Shown here: in pieces, positions 45,707 to 45,977 of the stretch
How the letters are laid out: every line of letters begins with the position of its first letter
How positions within the stretch are numbered: position 1 is the stretch's first letter
NCBI GenBank assembly: GCA_964625765.1
Contig: CAZVCS010000001.1
Coordinates: 1 to 45,977 of the forward strand
Length of the DNA: 45,977 nucleotides
DNA from: an uncultured Dehalococcoidales bacterium
GTDB taxonomy: Bacteria > Chloroflexota > Dehalococcoidia > GIF9 > AB-539-J10
Reading direction: 5' to 3'
The notes under the pieces: model-generated
Seen by the model: the letters and a program-made list of their open reading frames with translations, nothing else
Database searches by the model: none
What the model was told of the DNA's origin: nothing
Made by a program: the position numbers and the translations under genes

Positions 45707-45977
45707 GATGTGGCTCCCTTCGACGGCTCATCGCCCTGGCCCCATCGCTGCATCAGCAGCTTGATGTGCTCCGCCACCCGCGGGTCGGACTTGAGCCGCT
45801 CGGTGAACACCGGACAGCTCTGTACCATCATGTTCTGGCCCATGGCGGCGACGCTCTCCAGCACCTTCTCCATCTCGGGATTGCCCTCGGCTCCCAGGAC
45901 GCCGCCCTGCATCATCATCTTGAACTGGTTTATCTCGCCTGAGCCAATCTGCATCGGCATGACGCAGTTCTTGTACC
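45703..45977 (-). CDS. Hypothetical Met-rich protein, possibly truncated by the window edge
   Basis: The ORF is open to the window end, with no in-frame stop between 45960 and 45977. An ATG at 45960 would give 85 aa (QFKMMMQGG...AAMGQNMMVQSCP). I do not recognise a family. Confidence 0.4.
   Translation of the reverse strand, partial: YKNCVMPMQIGSGEINQFKMMMQGGVLGAEGNPEMEKVLESVAAMGQNMMVQSCPVFTERLKSDPRVAEHIKLLMQRWGQGDEPSKGATS

Noticed and set aside
1-45977. Search for CRISPR arrays, tRNA/rRNA genes, transposases, integrases, prophage or defence-system genes
   Set aside because: I saw no regularly spaced direct repeats, no cloverleaf-sized gaps (intergenic regions are nearly all under 150 nt), and no ORF with transposase, integrase or nuclease-NTPase hallmarks. 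The window reads as core chromosome.

Overview
GC-rich bacterial chromosomal window, densely coded and almost entirely core housekeeping. The gene order and the type A RNase P RNA suggest a Terrabacteria or Chloroflexota-like organism, but lineage cannot be fixed from sequence alone. Recognisable content: nusA-ylxR-infB-rbfA; a minus-strand acyl-CoA cluster (C_GCAxxG_C_C protein, two atypical crotonase-fold paralogs, acyl-CoA dehydrogenase, 4-hydroxybutyryl-CoA dehydratase); ino1, a CDP-alcohol phosphatidyltransferase and purA; a tightly packed rpsO-pnp-dapB-asd-dapA string; purF-purM-purH; a fused nicotinamidase/nicotinate phosphoribosyltransferase; cvpA; a small ORF with tatD and trxA; a PadR regulator with a membrane partner; mutS-rpoB-rpoC-ruvB; ybeY; a GYD protein; gmk; birA overlapping a sodium:solute symporter; an MBL hydrolase; a COG1579 zinc-ribbon protein; RNase P RNA; and a Memo-like protein overlapping two uncharacterised ORFs. 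I found no tRNA, rRNA, CRISPR array, transposase or obvious defence genes. The best lead is a near-perfect BirA-type operator (CGTTAACC-N14-GGTTAACC) abutting the birA start codon. birA overlaps an SSF transporter by 4 nt, which suggests a biotin-regulated vitamin symporter. Secondary leads are the uncharacterised Memo-linked module at the right edge, the atypical crotonase pair in the 4-hydroxybutyryl-CoA cluster, a 420-nt divergent control region upstream of ino1, the PncA-PncB fusion, and several near-consensus promoters that imply leaderless mRNAs. All calls rest on reading the sequence and recalling protein families; no searches were run.
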